DNA of 64,000 nt from Candidatus Bathyarchaeota archaeon. Its GTDB lineage: Archaea > Thermoproteota > Bathyarchaeia > Bathyarchaeales > Bathyarchaeaceae. The DNA lies in the NCBI GenBank assembly GCA_963772765.1, contig CAVYYP010000006.1:26091-90090 (forward strand). The letters are read 5' to 3'. How positions within the stretch are numbered: the stretch's first letter is position 1; each line of letters opens with the position of its first letter. Under the pieces are notes generated by a model. The model saw only the letters and a list, made by a program, of their open reading frames with translations, was not told the DNA's origin and did not search any database. Positions 45,650 through 56,612 of the stretch are shown here, piece after piece. The position numbers and the translations under genes were made by a program.

Positions 45650-45774
45650 TGTCGAACACGAGCATCACTTCGCGGTTTTAATAAAAAGGAGTTATGAAAG
45701 GGGAATATGTACTCAGAATTCATAATTACTATAAGTAAAATTGATCAATACGAGCGGTTGGAGACGGATAAAAC

Positions 45775-45879
45775 GTGGAATGCCCCAACTGCAATGAAGA
45801 AACGATTTCAAGACGGTTCAGTTTTGAAAGAAATTTTTCGCATTGTGAGAATTGTGGCGCCATAATTTATCTACAATGA
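45775..45879 (+). CDS. 34-aa zinc-ribbon micro-protein (hypothetical)
   Basis: GTG after GGAG; MECPNCNEETISRRFSFERNFSHCENCGAIIYLQ. Confidence 0.35.
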   Translation: MECPNCNEETISRRFSFERNFSHCENCGAIIYLQ

Positions 45880-45898
45880 TAAGAGGTGAAAAAGGAAA

Positions 45899-46198
45899 AT
45901 GGAAGACTTGATCGCTCCCGTGTTGCTTACGCTTGTGATAGGTGGATTAGCAGGCTATTTCTCAGGAACTCTACTGAAGAGGGCGGCTGGCATGACTTTG
46001 GCCATCGTTGTCTTTGTGGCTATATTGGTGGTTCTGGCGTACACTGGAAATCTTAACATAAATCTTGACATGATAACTGCAAACCTTTCCAATGTTCTGG
46101 GTGTTCTTGCTCCGTTAGGAGTTGTAGCTTTGATATCCAGCATTCCTTTCGTAGCTAGCTTCGTTGCTGGTCTATTCATAGGATACAGAAGATACTAA
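45899..46198 (+). CDS. three-TM membrane protein (hypothetical)
   Basis: GAGGTGA SD; 99 aa and hydrophobic. Confidence 0.5.
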   Translation: MEDLIAPVLLTLVIGGLAGYFSGTLLKRAAGMTLAIVVFVAILVVLAYTGNLNINLDMITANLSNVLGVLAPLGVVALISSIPFVASFVAGLFIGYRRY

Positions 46199-46306
46199 AA
46201 GATGCTAAGGTTTAGGATATACTAATTCCTCATGTTTGTTTCTAAACCTTAGTATCCAATTTTATCCATTTTTCGTATTTTTCGATAGCTACTACGGCGT
46301 TAATGC

Positions 46307-47587
46307 TTATTTTTTCATGTAGTCAACGAGCATAGGTATGAGCTGTGTTCCTTTAGTTAGCGTTCCTAGTTCACCTTGCTTACATTCTGTCTCAGAGAAG
46401 CTTTGGACTTTGTCAGGTTGCAGTTTGTTACCCGCAATAAGGACGGGTACGGGGTCGTCGCTGTGGGCTTTCAGGTTGCATGGCGTTGAGTGGTCTGCGG
46501 TTATGCATACGAGGTGGTCGTCTAGGTTTATGTGTTTGAGCATTTCTCCTACAAAATGTTGGTCGATGATTTCGAGGAGTTCTGCTTTGAGTTTGTAGTC
46601 GCCGTCGTGTCCGGGTTCGTCTGGTCCCTTAATATGAATGTAGAAGCAGTCGTAGTTTGGTAGTGTTTCTAGAAGTTTTTTGATTCGTAGTTTACAGTCG
46701 CTTACTAAGTCTTTTGAGGGCAACGGCAGGTCTACTAGGCTCATTCCTGCAAGTTTGGATATGCCTCTTTCGACGTTCATGTCTGCTAGGCACACAAAGT
46801 CTAAGCCGTAAATGTCACGCAGTAATGGAAAGTCGGGTATCATGCTACCTGCGTCTCGGCTGAGGATAACATTTGCTTTGAGTTTTCCTTCCTTTACGCG
46901 CTTCTGGTTTACTTCATGATTATCCAAAACCTGGGTTGCTTTGATTGTGAATTCGTTTACTAGTTTGGCAGAAACTTTTGCAGCTTCAGTATCATCAAGT
47001 GGATTGCATATTTTTAGCACCATTTCGGCGTCTAGGTCGGCAACGCCTATGCTGTTTATTCGTTTGTATGCAGGGTCAGTGTTACTTATGTTTCCTGAAA
47101 GCGGACTGTTCTCTGTTCGGATAACAAGCGCTGCACGGTACGCTACAGTGCTTTTGATTTCAAGGCTTACAGGATGCGCCTCAAGCTCCACCTGCTCATT
47201 TATTGCATCCGCTAGTTTGTCTGCTTCTTCTTGGGTCAGGTTCCTGCCTGCTCGCCTGTCTATTATTGAGCTGTTGTCTGGAGCTAACGTTCCAAAGTTG
47301 CAGCGGATTGCCAGATCGCCGCTTTTCATGTCCATTCCTGCGCCAACACTTTCAAGAGCGCCTCTGCTCACGTGATACTGGAAGGGGTCATAGCCTAAAA
47401 CTGAAACAACTGCAACGTCGCTTTCGGGGGCCATGCCCTTGCCGACGGTGTACATGAGTCCTGTTTTTCCATTCTTGGCTAGCGAGTCCATGTACGGAGT
47501 TTTTGCAGCTTCGAGCGGAGTTTTGCCACCCAATTCTTTTACAGGTTGGTCCCCCATTCCGTCAATGATGATATAGATCAATTTCAA
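46307..47587 (-). CDS. apgM: 2,3-bisphosphoglycerate-independent phosphoglycerate mutase, archaeal type
   Basis: KLIYIIIDGMGDQPVKELGGKTPLEAAKTPYMDSLAKNGKTGLMYTV...GYDP...ITADHSTP. A TTG at 47587 after GGAG gives the usual MKLIY start; the track start at 47626 is probably too long. Confidence 0.85.
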   Translation of the reverse strand: MKLIYIIIDGMGDQPVKELGGKTPLEAAKTPYMDSLAKNGKTGLMYTVGKGMAPESDVAVVSVLGYDPFQYHVSRGALESVGAGMDMKSGDLAIRCNFGTLAPDNSSIIDRRAGRNLTQEEADKLADAINEQVELEAHPVSLEIKSTVAYRAALVIRTENSPLSGNISNTDPAYKRINSIGVADLDAEMVLKICNPLDDTEAAKVSAKLVNEFTIKATQVLDNHEVNQKRVKEGKLKANVILSRDAGSMIPDFPLLRDIYGLDFVCLADMNVERGISKLAGMSLVDLPLPSKDLVSDCKLRIKKLLETLPNYDCFYIHIKGPDEPGHDGDYKLKAELLEIIDQHFVGEMLKHINLDDHLVCITADHSTPCNLKAHSDDPVPVLIAGNKLQPDKVQSFSETECKQGELGTLTKGTQLIPMLVDYMKK

Positions 47588-47653
47588 CGTCAAGCATCTC
47601 CAAACAGGACGTAAAATACTGCACACATCAAAAAAAGGTTTTCACAAAAAAGG

Positions 47654-48193
47654 CTAAACAACAGAAGACTTCGATGCATCTTTCTTGGCTTTGCGGTCAG
47701 CCAGTTCCGCCAAAAGGATATAGCCCAAAACAAGAACAACCCCAACAACAAGTGCTAGATTGATTCCAGATATTGCTAGTTGGGTTCCGAACAAAGCGAG
47801 AAACAGTTCATTGAATAGAAAATTGGGAAATGTAAACAGGGAGATAATGACAAGAACGTAGTTTTCTCCGTTTATTTGTGTTCTTTTGTCGAGATATTGT
47901 ATTAGCCATCCTCCAAATTTGGCTATGGCATAAAAGGTGACAAGGGCTACAGGTATCAGAAAAAGGAAGTATTCTAAACCAAAGACTCCGGCAAAAAATG
48001 CGTGAACAGGATTGCCTTCATATGCTCTAGCGTGCTCACTCAAGAAAATGTATGTGAAGACAAGGTCAAAAACGGTAATGCACGCCGCTATCAGATACAG
48101 CACCCAAAACGGAATCTTGGCAGTCAACTGATTGATATCCATTGCAGCATCACATGCATTAATTAATACATCAATATTTTCCACAGATAACAT
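47654..48193 (-). CDS. membrane protein (DUF5658-like)
   Basis: FDLVFTYIFLSEHARAYEGNPVHAF fits the DxxxT...ExNP pattern; 5 TM helices. Confidence 0.5.
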   Translation of the reverse strand: MLSVENIDVLINACDAAMDINQLTAKIPFWVLYLIAACITVFDLVFTYIFLSEHARAYEGNPVHAFFAGVFGLEYFLFLIPVALVTFYAIAKFGGWLIQYLDKRTQINGENYVLVIISLFTFPNFLFNELFLALFGTQLAISGINLALVVGVVLVLGYILLAELADRKAKKDASKSSVV

Positions 48194-48299
48194 TTACTCA
48201 TTAGAACTTAGTACAACGAATCTTTCAGAGACGAATCAGAATCAGAACAAGAATGTCTATCTGATGATGAAAAACATCAAACTTGATAAAAACATGCAT

Positions 48300-48593
48300 C
48301 TATTTGGCGTGATCTTTTTGCCATTTTTTGATTATTTTTTCAGTTTCCTCTTCTGAAGGATGGCTTATGGCGCCCACTGGACAAATGTCTTCGCAGCCCC
48401 TGCAAAACACTACACAGTTATAGGGATTCTTTACGACAGTCTTCTTTTTTCCGTCTTCCTCTACAAAGTCAAAAGCGCGATTGTGGCAGAAGTCTACACA
48501 TTTTCCGCAAGTAATGCATTTGTCGTAGTCAATTATTGGATACCAAGGTATTTCTTTTCGGGGGACTCCTTTGTATGTTTTTTCTATCACCAA
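48300..48593 (-). CDS. 4Fe-4S dicluster ferredoxin-domain protein
   Basis: CITCGKCVDFC and CRGCEDICP cluster motifs. Confidence 0.75.
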   Translation of the reverse strand: MVIEKTYKGVPRKEIPWYPIIDYDKCITCGKCVDFCHNRAFDFVEEDGKKKTVVKNPYNCVVFCRGCEDICPVGAISHPSEEETEKIIKKWQKDHAK

Positions 48594-48751
48594 TTATATC
48601 GCCTTTTCACTATCAACAATTTTAAATCAATAAATAAAAAGATATAGATAACAAAAACTTTCATCGGACTCATTTTTGTAGTTTAAAAAAGCAACTTTGA
48701 CAAAGGCTTATATTCGCTCTGAGACATATGCGCTTTCTCTGGTGAACCATA

Positions 48752-49336
48752 ATGAGTCTTGGTTGGAAGGATTGGAACCGAAACGACATAATATATGGAG
48801 CCGTTTTTCCCACTGCTGCAGTTTTGCTTATTGTATTTCTCTCCAAACTGGATACGCTCATTGGCGGCGGATTCAATGCCGTAACAGGAATCATAATGGA
48901 ACTCGAAGAACTCCTTCTCATAGTTGCAGTTCCTCTGCTGCTTGGTCTAGCATGGAACAAATGGGCAGGCGGCGTCTCAGGATTCATCATGGGAAGCTTA
49001 TATGCGCTCTACTGGGCTGACAGCTACAGGTCACCATTTTCAGGTGCAATGTCGGGAGCCAACACACTTCTACTAGGTTACGTCCTGAGCGCAATGCTCA
49101 TTGGCTACATGGCAGGCGCATTGAACAAACGGTCAGACAACTTCAAAAGAATGATACTAATAGGAACAACCACAACAACAATCGGAGGCATCCTTCTTTT
49201 CGGAATCTTCCAGCTCTCACCCGTCAACGTCGTAACAGGAATTGATGGCTTTCTACTTACAGTAATAACACGAACAGCCTGCGGCGCAATAATACCAATA
49301 GTAGCAAAAGTTTTCATGTGGTACGAAGGAAAATAA
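48752..49336 (+). CDS. polytopic membrane protein (hypothetical)
   Basis: 194 aa with 5-6 TM helices. Confidence 0.5.
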   Translation: MSLGWKDWNRNDIIYGAVFPTAAVLLIVFLSKLDTLIGGGFNAVTGIIMELEELLLIVAVPLLLGLAWNKWAGGVSGFIMGSLYALYWADSYRSPFSGAMSGANTLLLGYVLSAMLIGYMAGALNKRSDNFKRMILIGTTTTTIGGILLFGIFQLSPVNVVTGIDGFLLTVITRTACGAIIPIVAKVFMWYEGK

Positions 49337-49671
49337 TCATCCTCGAGTTCGGATTGTTTTTCCTTTTTGATTTTGTTTTTGTGAATATTTGTTGTCAATC
49401 CTGTTTTGCAGATTAAACAATGATCGTAATGAGTCCTTCGTTATCGCATGATATTACTTCAGTGTTACAACTAAGTTGTAGTACTTCAGAAAAACTACAA
49501 ATAGATTTTTAAAAAAATCATAATTTTGTACCAAATATGTTGTGATTTTACAACAAATTAAGTTTTCAAATTGAAAATACATTAATTTCATCCATAACAA
49601 AGCTGTTTCATAGCAAAATATTAAATAGACTTCTTCATAACCATACGCGATATAAGGAGAAAAGAAAAAAA

Positions 49672-52302
49672 TTGAAAATTCTAATAAACAAAACCAAAAC
49701 AACAACTACACTTTTAGCAATTCTATTGATGACAAGCACATTCATGATCTTAGCAAACACTGCAGTGCAAGCACAAGACCAGCAGATCACTGGACCGCTC
49801 CCAGCAGGAGTAACTCCTGATGCAACAGTTGACACACAGATTTACCTAAGCTTCAGACCTAACCCCGTAGGTGTAGGTCAAACATTCCTGGTAAACCTGT
49901 ATACCGTACCTGCACCAGGAGCAAACAGGCTGCACAAAGACTTCACAATAACCATCACAAAACCAAGCGGAGAAACAACCTTCACCATGGATTCATATCC
50001 AGACGACGGAACCGCATGGTTCGAATGGATAGCCGACGAAGTAGGCGAATGGACAATCAAATTCGATTTCCTAGGAACCTACTACCCAGCAGGAATCTAC
50101 ATGGACGGAGAAATGGTACCAGAACCAATTGGAAGATCAACAACAACATACACAGAATCAGTCTACTACAAACCAGCATCCACTGGCGAACAAACTCTAA
50201 CAGTACAAGAAGAAATGGTTTATTCTTGGCCAGCAGATTCACTTCCGACAGACTACTGGACAAGACCCGCAGCCTACGAACACCGAGAATGGTGGCCAAT
50301 CCTGGGAGACTATCCATGGAGAGGACCAGCAACAAACCCACTCTTTGAAGAAATGTATCCAAACACCAACCCAATTGGCAGAGGAGGAGGAGTAGTTAAT
50401 TTCTTCACTGCATGGGTACAAGGACCAGAAAGTGCACACATTGCATGGAAACGTGAATGTCAAATAGCAGGACTCCTAGGTGGAGACCAAGGAGTAAAAC
50501 CTGCAGAAGCAAACCTATTTGCAGGTGAGGGCATGGGATCAGGAGCATTTTCCAATGGAAAACCCAACGTAATTTATCAAGGAAAAGCCTACGAAGTTGT
50601 CACAAAAAGCAATCCACAAATGGTTGATGGTGAAATCAAATACATTCCATCTACCATGATACAATGCTACGACATACGCACAGGAGAAATTTTCTGGGAA
50701 ATAAGCACCGATATTGCTCAATTGGGAGGAGGTCCACGTCCAACAGTTTACTATGCACCAACAGAAATCGAGTATGAAGGAATAGCAAATCCAGGAGGTG
50801 GTGGTGACGAACAGCAATCAGCCTCAGTATCATTGATATTTATCGGTCAAGGACATTTGATGAAGTGGCGACCAATGACAGGCGAAGTATTCATGGATGT
50901 TTCACTTGATCCAGTTTCTGATGGAACATACTACAGAAATGGCTATTGTTTGAGTGTTCAGAATCTCGGTGGAGGCGAGTACCGTTTGATTAATTGGACA
51001 ACATTTGGAAGCAGCGCAGACTTTGCTAGTAGGGTAGTGAGCAACGTGACTTTTCCGTGGAGTAGCATTCCTGCTACAACTGATTATAATGTTGGAATTG
51101 CTTCAATGCAATCAACGGTGAGTGAAGGTGGAGCTTACATTGGTCTAACCATTAGTGCAGCTAGTATAACAACAGGTCAACTTCTATGGGAAAAGACTTT
51201 CACGGATATTACTCAGTATAGTGGAAATTGTAACAATGCCGATCATGGAAAAATTGCAGTCTTAACAGAACAGGGTACAATTAAAGCATGGAACCTTGCG
51301 GACGGCAGTTTAGCTTGGACAAGTGAACCGCTAGAATATCCTTGGGATGAACCTGGCTTTGGAGCTTATGCAATTCACTCTGCTTACGGAAAACTGATTC
51401 GACCAGCCTATTCTGGAATCTATGCCTACAACTGGAATGACGGAAGCCTAGCTTGGAAGTATGAGTCGCTAGCTGAGTTCCCGTATGAAACACCTTACAT
51501 TGACGAAGACGGCAACACTGTATATTCATGGAACGTTGGTGGAACAATCGCTGATGGAAAATTGTACATCTATAACACTGAGCACTCTGCAACTGTTCCA
51601 ATAACTCGTGGTTGGAAGATGAACGCTATCGACATTGAAACTGGTGAACCAGTATGGAATGTTATGATTGCTGGTGGATCATCAAAACACACAACTGATG
51701 TTGGTCCTGTGGCTGATGGTTACTTGACAATGGCAGCCAGTGACGGATACATGTATGTTTTTGGTAAAGGTAAGAGTGAGACTACTGTAACTGGACCTGA
51801 TGTTGCAGTGCCTAAGGGATCAGGTATTGTAATTAAAGGCTCAGTACTTGATATGTCTCCAGCTCAGCCAGGAACTCCGTGTGTATCCGTAGATTCTATG
51901 GCAGCACAAATGGAATATATACACCATCAAATGCCCTTGGAAGGAATCCATGGTAACAGAACAATGACAGGTGTTCAAGTCCTATTAACGGCAATAGGCG
52001 ACGACGGAAGCTGCACAGACATAGCAACAGTAGTCACAAGCGGATACTATGGCACCTTCAGTTATGTCTGGACACCAGAAAACGAAGGCACCTACGAAAT
52101 CATTGCATCATTTGCAGGCGATGCATCATATGGCAGTTCAGCAGCATCAACAGCAGTAGCAGTAGGACCAGCTGCAACAGCAGGCGGAACAATACAACCA
52201 GAACAACCACTGATCAGCACAGACATGGCAATCATAATCGCAGTCATCGCAGTAGCAATCATCGCAGCAGTAGCATACCTCGCACTAAGGAGACGAAAAT
52301 AA
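49672..52302 (+). CDS. large secreted beta-propeller (PQQ/BamB-like repeat) surface protein with a C-terminal TM anchor, intact paralogue
   Basis: TTG after AAGGAG; signal peptide …MILANTAVQA; N-terminal Ig-like module ITGPLPAGVTPDATV…; repeated G.L(A)W blades; C-terminal Ig-like module; ends QPEQPLISTDMAIIIAVIAVAIIAAVAYLALRRRK. Confidence 0.7.
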   Translation: MKILINKTKTTTTLLAILLMTSTFMILANTAVQAQDQQITGPLPAGVTPDATVDTQIYLSFRPNPVGVGQTFLVNLYTVPAPGANRLHKDFTITITKPSGETTFTMDSYPDDGTAWFEWIADEVGEWTIKFDFLGTYYPAGIYMDGEMVPEPIGRSTTTYTESVYYKPASTGEQTLTVQEEMVYSWPADSLPTDYWTRPAAYEHREWWPILGDYPWRGPATNPLFEEMYPNTNPIGRGGGVVNFFTAWVQGPESAHIAWKRECQIAGLLGGDQGVKPAEANLFAGEGMGSGAFSNGKPNVIYQGKAYEVVTKSNPQMVDGEIKYIPSTMIQCYDIRTGEIFWEISTDIAQLGGGPRPTVYYAPTEIEYEGIANPGGGGDEQQSASVSLIFIGQGHLMKWRPMTGEVFMDVSLDPVSDGTYYRNGYCLSVQNLGGGEYRLINWTTFGSSADFASRVVSNVTFPWSSIPATTDYNVGIASMQSTVSEGGAYIGLTISAASITTGQLLWEKTFTDITQYSGNCNNADHGKIAVLTEQGTIKAWNLADGSLAWTSEPLEYPWDEPGFGAYAIHSAYGKLIRPAYSGIYAYNWNDGSLAWKYESLAEFPYETPYIDEDGNTVYSWNVGGTIADGKLYIYNTEHSATVPITRGWKMNAIDIETGEPVWNVMIAGGSSKHTTDVGPVADGYLTMAASDGYMYVFGKGKSETTVTGPDVAVPKGSGIVIKGSVLDMSPAQPGTPCVSVDSMAAQMEYIHHQMPLEGIHGNRTMTGVQVLLTAIGDDGSCTDIATVVTSGYYGTFSYVWTPENEGTYEIIASFAGDASYGSSAASTAVAVGPAATAGGTIQPEQPLISTDMAIIIAVIAVAIIAAVAYLALRRRK

Positions 52303-52313
52303 ACAAAAATTTT

Positions 52314-52333
52314 CCCTCCCTCTTTTTTGGGAG
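52314..52333 (+). terminator. T-rich hairpin or oligo-T terminator candidate
   Basis: CCCTCCCTCTTTTTTGGGAG lies 12 nt after the stop. Conserved with 24696-24713. Confidence 0.45.
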
Positions 52334-52879
52334 TAAATATAGTTTAGAAGAATTATGGAGAGCTGAAAATGACTCAATCACAGAGAAAAAAGCATCTTTC
52401 TCATCCTTTAAAAAATGCTTTTTCATTATTGCTCACTAATCAACAATGATTGAATCTCAGCAAATCTCCATCATTTAAAAAATATAATATGGTTTTTTCA
52501 TCTTTCTCTCTCCTTTCGTTAACCTTGTTGAGTTCCAGCAAACCATTTCCATCAAAAAATCAATGTAAATCACAATTAAGTGCGCACAGTTTTGGTTATT
52601 ATTCTTGAAAAAACATTTCAATTAAATAAGTGAAGAAATTGAGCAAAATGCGTGTGCATCAGCAAACTTCATCTTTTATTTGATATTTAATTTTATTTAT
52701 TTACGACCATCTCCACCCCCTAATACAAAATCCAAAAAAGTCTTTCAGTTCAAGTTTTATTTGTACTAAAATCAATATTAAATGGTAAGTTGTAACTTAA
52801 GAATAGCATAATAGCAGTACATTGTTGAAAAATATTCTTTTTCAGAAAACAGCAGCACAGCACACATCTGGAAAAAAGT

Positions 52880-53743
52880 TCACAAGCACCTGCTATGCTT
52901 TTGGATTGTCCATGAACCATCGCATACACCAGAATTCAAATTGAAACCTTCTCGGCAACAACCAAACGTTAGACTGTTTTTTTCAGCTAATTCTTTAGCT
53001 TTTCTCATCAACTCAAACCGCAAGTTTTTTGCCAAATAAATGGAACGTCCCACACGTTCTCCATCGCGGAAATAATATGGCTGTAGTTTTTCTGCAAGGT
53101 CAGGAAATACTGCCCTAAACCGTTTCCAATTGTCAGGTTTTATCTTGTATGTTGAGCAGGTAACGTGCAAGGCGCCCAAATCTGCAATCTTGTTCATCAA
53201 GTCCGCTAGGTCGTCGTTGAGAAAAGGAATAACAGGGTCAATCCGAACAGTAGTCGGAATACCTGCATCAACCAGAGTTTCTATGGCTTTAAGCCGCCTA
53301 GAAGAAACAGGAGCACCAGGCTCAAGCCTCCTCGAAAGCCTATCATCTCGGGTCAAAACGGTTACCGAAACCGCACAAGGAACATTCTGCAAAACATCGA
53401 TGTCTCGTGTCACCAAATCCGATTTCGTGATAATCTGAACCCTGCAACGACTGTTTGCCAATACCTCCAAGCATTTTCTGGTCAACTCCATCTTTTGGTC
53501 TAGCCGAGGATACGGATCAGAAGAATTAGACATCGACACCAACTCACCTCCCAGTTTAGCAGCTTCTCTTCTGAGTCTGGAGATTAGATTCTTTTTTGGT
53601 CTGCAATCACAAAAATTCGAAATATACGAGGAGGCATAACAGTAAAGGCAGGCATGGTCGCATCCAGTGTAAGGATTGAAGGTCAACTTGGACGGGCAAG
53701 TGCAAAGCGGAGAATTCCAAGGATCAAACACTGAAAGCAGCAT
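52880..53743 (-). CDS. radical SAM protein (SplB / DNA-photolyase-like COG1533 type)
   Basis: CDHACLYCYASSY (CxxxCxxC) preceded by FNPYTG. Start taken at the internal ATG (MLLSVFDPW). Confidence 0.75.
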   Translation of the reverse strand: MLLSVFDPWNSPLCTCPSKLTFNPYTGCDHACLYCYASSYISNFCDCRPKKNLISRLRREAAKLGGELVSMSNSSDPYPRLDQKMELTRKCLEVLANSRCRVQIITKSDLVTRDIDVLQNVPCAVSVTVLTRDDRLSRRLEPGAPVSSRRLKAIETLVDAGIPTTVRIDPVIPFLNDDLADLMNKIADLGALHVTCSTYKIKPDNWKRFRAVFPDLAEKLQPYYFRDGERVGRSIYLAKNLRFELMRKAKELAEKNSLTFGCCREGFNLNSGVCDGSWTIQKHSRCL

Positions 53744-53805
53744 AGTAAGCTCGACAAAGAAACTGTGCAAAACACACCTTATTTCTGATTCGATAAAGGG
53801 GGCGC

Positions 53806-54894
53806 TTAGGCGATGCCGATTGTGTTGCCTACGCCAACCACAAACAGTGTGTCGCCTTCTTTTGTTCTCTCCTGAATAACCCGCCTGATCCTTTTGATTA
53901 CCTCATCAACAGAGTTTGTCACAACATCAGTAATCGGAGCTAGAACCTCTTTCAGAGACTGCCTAACAATCATAGCATACACAGGAATCCCCGATTTGGT
54001 GGCATGCTCCTCTATCTTGAACTGTTCAATCCCTGGTCCACCGATCGCAGCGCCGACACCTTCCACAACATATCCCGAGTCTTCGCCTTCCAGCTTAAGC
54101 CCAGCATCAACCATCACAATCAACGAAACATTACTCTCATACTCGTCAATCAGTGTGCACACTGCATCTCCAGATTTGCCAACGTTGCCGCCCGGACCTT
54201 TAGCCTTTGTAACAACAACACGTCTATCATCAATCGTCACTTCCGCAGCAATCGTATCCTCTGCAACCTCACGCACATCTGCATCCGAAATCAACCTGGA
54301 GGCAACCATAGGACCGATTCCATCGCCGATTGGTTTGCCCTGCTTGAAAGCATCAATAAACGAAAAGTACGCTTCCGCCTCTTCCATTATCATGGGCAAT
54401 TCCATCTGAATCTGGGTCATACTATAGATTGAGCCACTCTTCTTTCCTGCCAAATAATGATGACGAACAGTACGATAAAGCGAATTAATTCCCCGCGCTG
54501 TCTCAACCAGATTCTGCAAATTACGCACCTGAGCCTCGTCAGCATTAGGCGCCAACAACTTTATCTCATCCTTGACCCTTTCGTCAGCCGCATCCACCAA
54601 ACATTCAAGACGTTTGACGACCCCATTCGGATCCATTGTGGATGGACTAATTGTAAAGAAATGAAGAAGCGAATCAAGTCTGGGCTTTGGATCAAAATCT
54701 GGTTCTCCCAGAGCAATTATTGCGGAGGCTGCTTCATCTTTGGCTTTGTCACGCATATGTTGCAGCCGAGTCAAAGATTTGGATATCTTGCCCAAAACTA
54801 GATTGATTTGTAGTTTCTGTGAGAAGAAGGAAAAACCGAAAATGAATACGATGTAAGCTATGTTCAGAATGTATGGTATTATGCTTTCGTCCAA
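53806..54894 (-). CDS. conserved archaeal membrane-anchored protein (DUF1512-like)
   Basis: One N-terminal TM helix plus a 330-aa soluble part. The family assignment is from memory of the architecture only. Confidence 0.45.
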   Translation of the reverse strand: MDESIIPYILNIAYIVFIFGFSFFSQKLQINLVLGKISKSLTRLQHMRDKAKDEAASAIIALGEPDFDPKPRLDSLLHFFTISPSTMDPNGVVKRLECLVDAADERVKDEIKLLAPNADEAQVRNLQNLVETARGINSLYRTVRHHYLAGKKSGSIYSMTQIQMELPMIMEEAEAYFSFIDAFKQGKPIGDGIGPMVASRLISDADVREVAEDTIAAEVTIDDRRVVVTKAKGPGGNVGKSGDAVCTLIDEYESNVSLIVMVDAGLKLEGEDSGYVVEGVGAAIGGPGIEQFKIEEHATKSGIPVYAMIVRQSLKEVLAPITDVVTNSVDEVIKRIRRVIQERTKEGDTLFVVGVGNTIGIA

Positions 54895-54899
54895 CCCAG

Positions 54900-55514
54900 T
54901 TAAGCCTCCGTTTTTTCCTCTTGTCCCATTGACTTGGAAGGATATTCACTTTTCTCTTTTTGCCCTTTAAACTTAGCTAATCGCCGATTCACAGATTCTA
55001 ATTCTTCCTGCATCTTCTGTATCCGATGTTTGATGTGGTCGCGTCTATTTTGAAGCGCATCTTTTCTGTTCCTTGCCTCTTCTACGAGAAATGGTCTGAA
55101 AGGATTTGGTATTCTGGGTGCTGATACAGCGTCTGTTTCTAGATTCAGCACAGTTTTTGAGTATTCGTCAAAAAGCGCATTCATGTTGTCTGAAATTTGT
55201 CTATGCTTTAGTAGAGCTTGGTCAAGAACAAGTTTTCCTGACTCTGTTATACGATATATTTTGCGTTTTCTTTTCTGTGGACTCCATTCGCCTTTTATGT
55301 ATCCAGACTTTTCTAGGCTCTGAAGCACCGGATAGACTCCTCCCGCGGTTGGTTTCCAGAAGCCTTCTGTTCGGTCTTCGACATCTTTCATCATCTCGTA
55401 GCCGTGGCAGGGTTTTTTGCTTAACAGTATGAGGATTACTATTTTCATGTAGCCTTTTTGTGCTTCTTTGAGCCATTTGTTGGCTGTTTTTTCGTCATGT
55501 TCGGGGTGCATCAT
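54900..55514 (-). CDS. PadR-family transcriptional regulator with a coiled-coil C-terminus
   Basis: KIVILILLSKKPCHGYEMMKDVEDRTEGFWKPTAGGVYPVLQSLEKSGYIKGEW...KIYRITESGK. Confidence 0.8.
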   Translation of the reverse strand: MMHPEHDEKTANKWLKEAQKGYMKIVILILLSKKPCHGYEMMKDVEDRTEGFWKPTAGGVYPVLQSLEKSGYIKGEWSPQKRKRKIYRITESGKLVLDQALLKHRQISDNMNALFDEYSKTVLNLETDAVSAPRIPNPFRPFLVEEARNRKDALQNRRDHIKHRIQKMQEELESVNRRLAKFKGQKEKSEYPSKSMGQEEKTEA

Positions 55515-55598
55515 TTCACAGTTTCTTAGATGTAAAGGTAATATTTATATTTTGGTGCGATATATTGCACAGAAATATATTGTATTGGTGAGGAGAAA

Positions 55599-56612
55599 AT
55601 GGAAAACAAAGTAATGATAGACGTAAAAGACCTCACAAAAAACTTCAACGGGTTCACAGCAGTAGACCACATTTCATTTGACGTAAAAGAGAGCGAAATT
55701 TTTGGTCTACTTGGACCTAACGGTGCAGGTAAAACCACAACAATACGAATGCTGTCTACGCTGACCAGACCTTCTGGGGGCACCGCCACAATCGGCGGAT
55801 ATGACATAGTGAAAAAAGACAACAAAGTCAGGCAGCTCATTGGCTTGGTTTCTGAAAAGATGATAATGTATGACCGGTTGACCGCAAAAGAGAACCTGAT
55901 GTTCTTTGGAAAACTCTACAACATACCCAAAGCTACTCTTGAAGAACGAATCGATGAACTGTTAGAACTGGTTCAGCTTACTAAATGGAAGAACGCAAAA
56001 GTTGGTACATTTTCCACGGGAATGAGACAAAGAATGAATGTTGTAAGGGCACTGCTTAACCTGCCCAAGGTGCTGTTTCTTGATGAACCAACATTAGGTT
56101 TGGACCCTCAATCTACAGTCGAAGTGCGAGAGTTTATCAAGAAAATCAATCAGGAAAACAAAACAACCATCATTCTTACAACACACATGATGAACGAAGC
56201 AGACATACTATGTAACCGCATAGGAATAATCGATCATGGAAAAATTGCTGCACTTGACAACTCATGTAATCTTAAAAAGATGGTTTCAGGAGAAGACTCA
56301 ACTGTCCTTAAGCTAGAAACTCCAAACATAACCAAAAAAGCAATCAACAAACTGGAGTCCATGGATAATGTCACGTCTGTATCTCAGGAAAATGCTTCTC
56401 ATATTAAGATTCATGCAACTGGAGACAACGCATTTGACACAATAGTAGATACTTTGCGGGCAGATAAAATCAAAATAAATTCCATCGAGAGCCTGCAGCC
56501 CACACTTGAGGATGTTTTCTTGCAAATAACTGGACGTGCAATGAGAGACAAAGCAGACAACAAAATCAAGATGCCAAATCATAGATTCAAAGCACAAAAG
56601 AGGATAAGGTGA
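55599..56612 (+). CDS. ABC transporter ATP-binding protein (ABC-2/DrrA type)
   Basis: GPNGAGKTTT, FSTGMRQRMNV, VLFLDEPTLGLDP. Confidence 0.85.
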   Translation: MENKVMIDVKDLTKNFNGFTAVDHISFDVKESEIFGLLGPNGAGKTTTIRMLSTLTRPSGGTATIGGYDIVKKDNKVRQLIGLVSEKMIMYDRLTAKENLMFFGKLYNIPKATLEERIDELLELVQLTKWKNAKVGTFSTGMRQRMNVVRALLNLPKVLFLDEPTLGLDPQSTVEVREFIKKINQENKTTIILTTHMMNEADILCNRIGIIDHGKIAALDNSCNLKKMVSGEDSTVLKLETPNITKKAINKLESMDNVTSVSQENASHIKIHATGDNAFDTIVDTLRADKIKINSIESLQPTLEDVFLQITGRAMRDKADNKIKMPNHRFKAQKRIR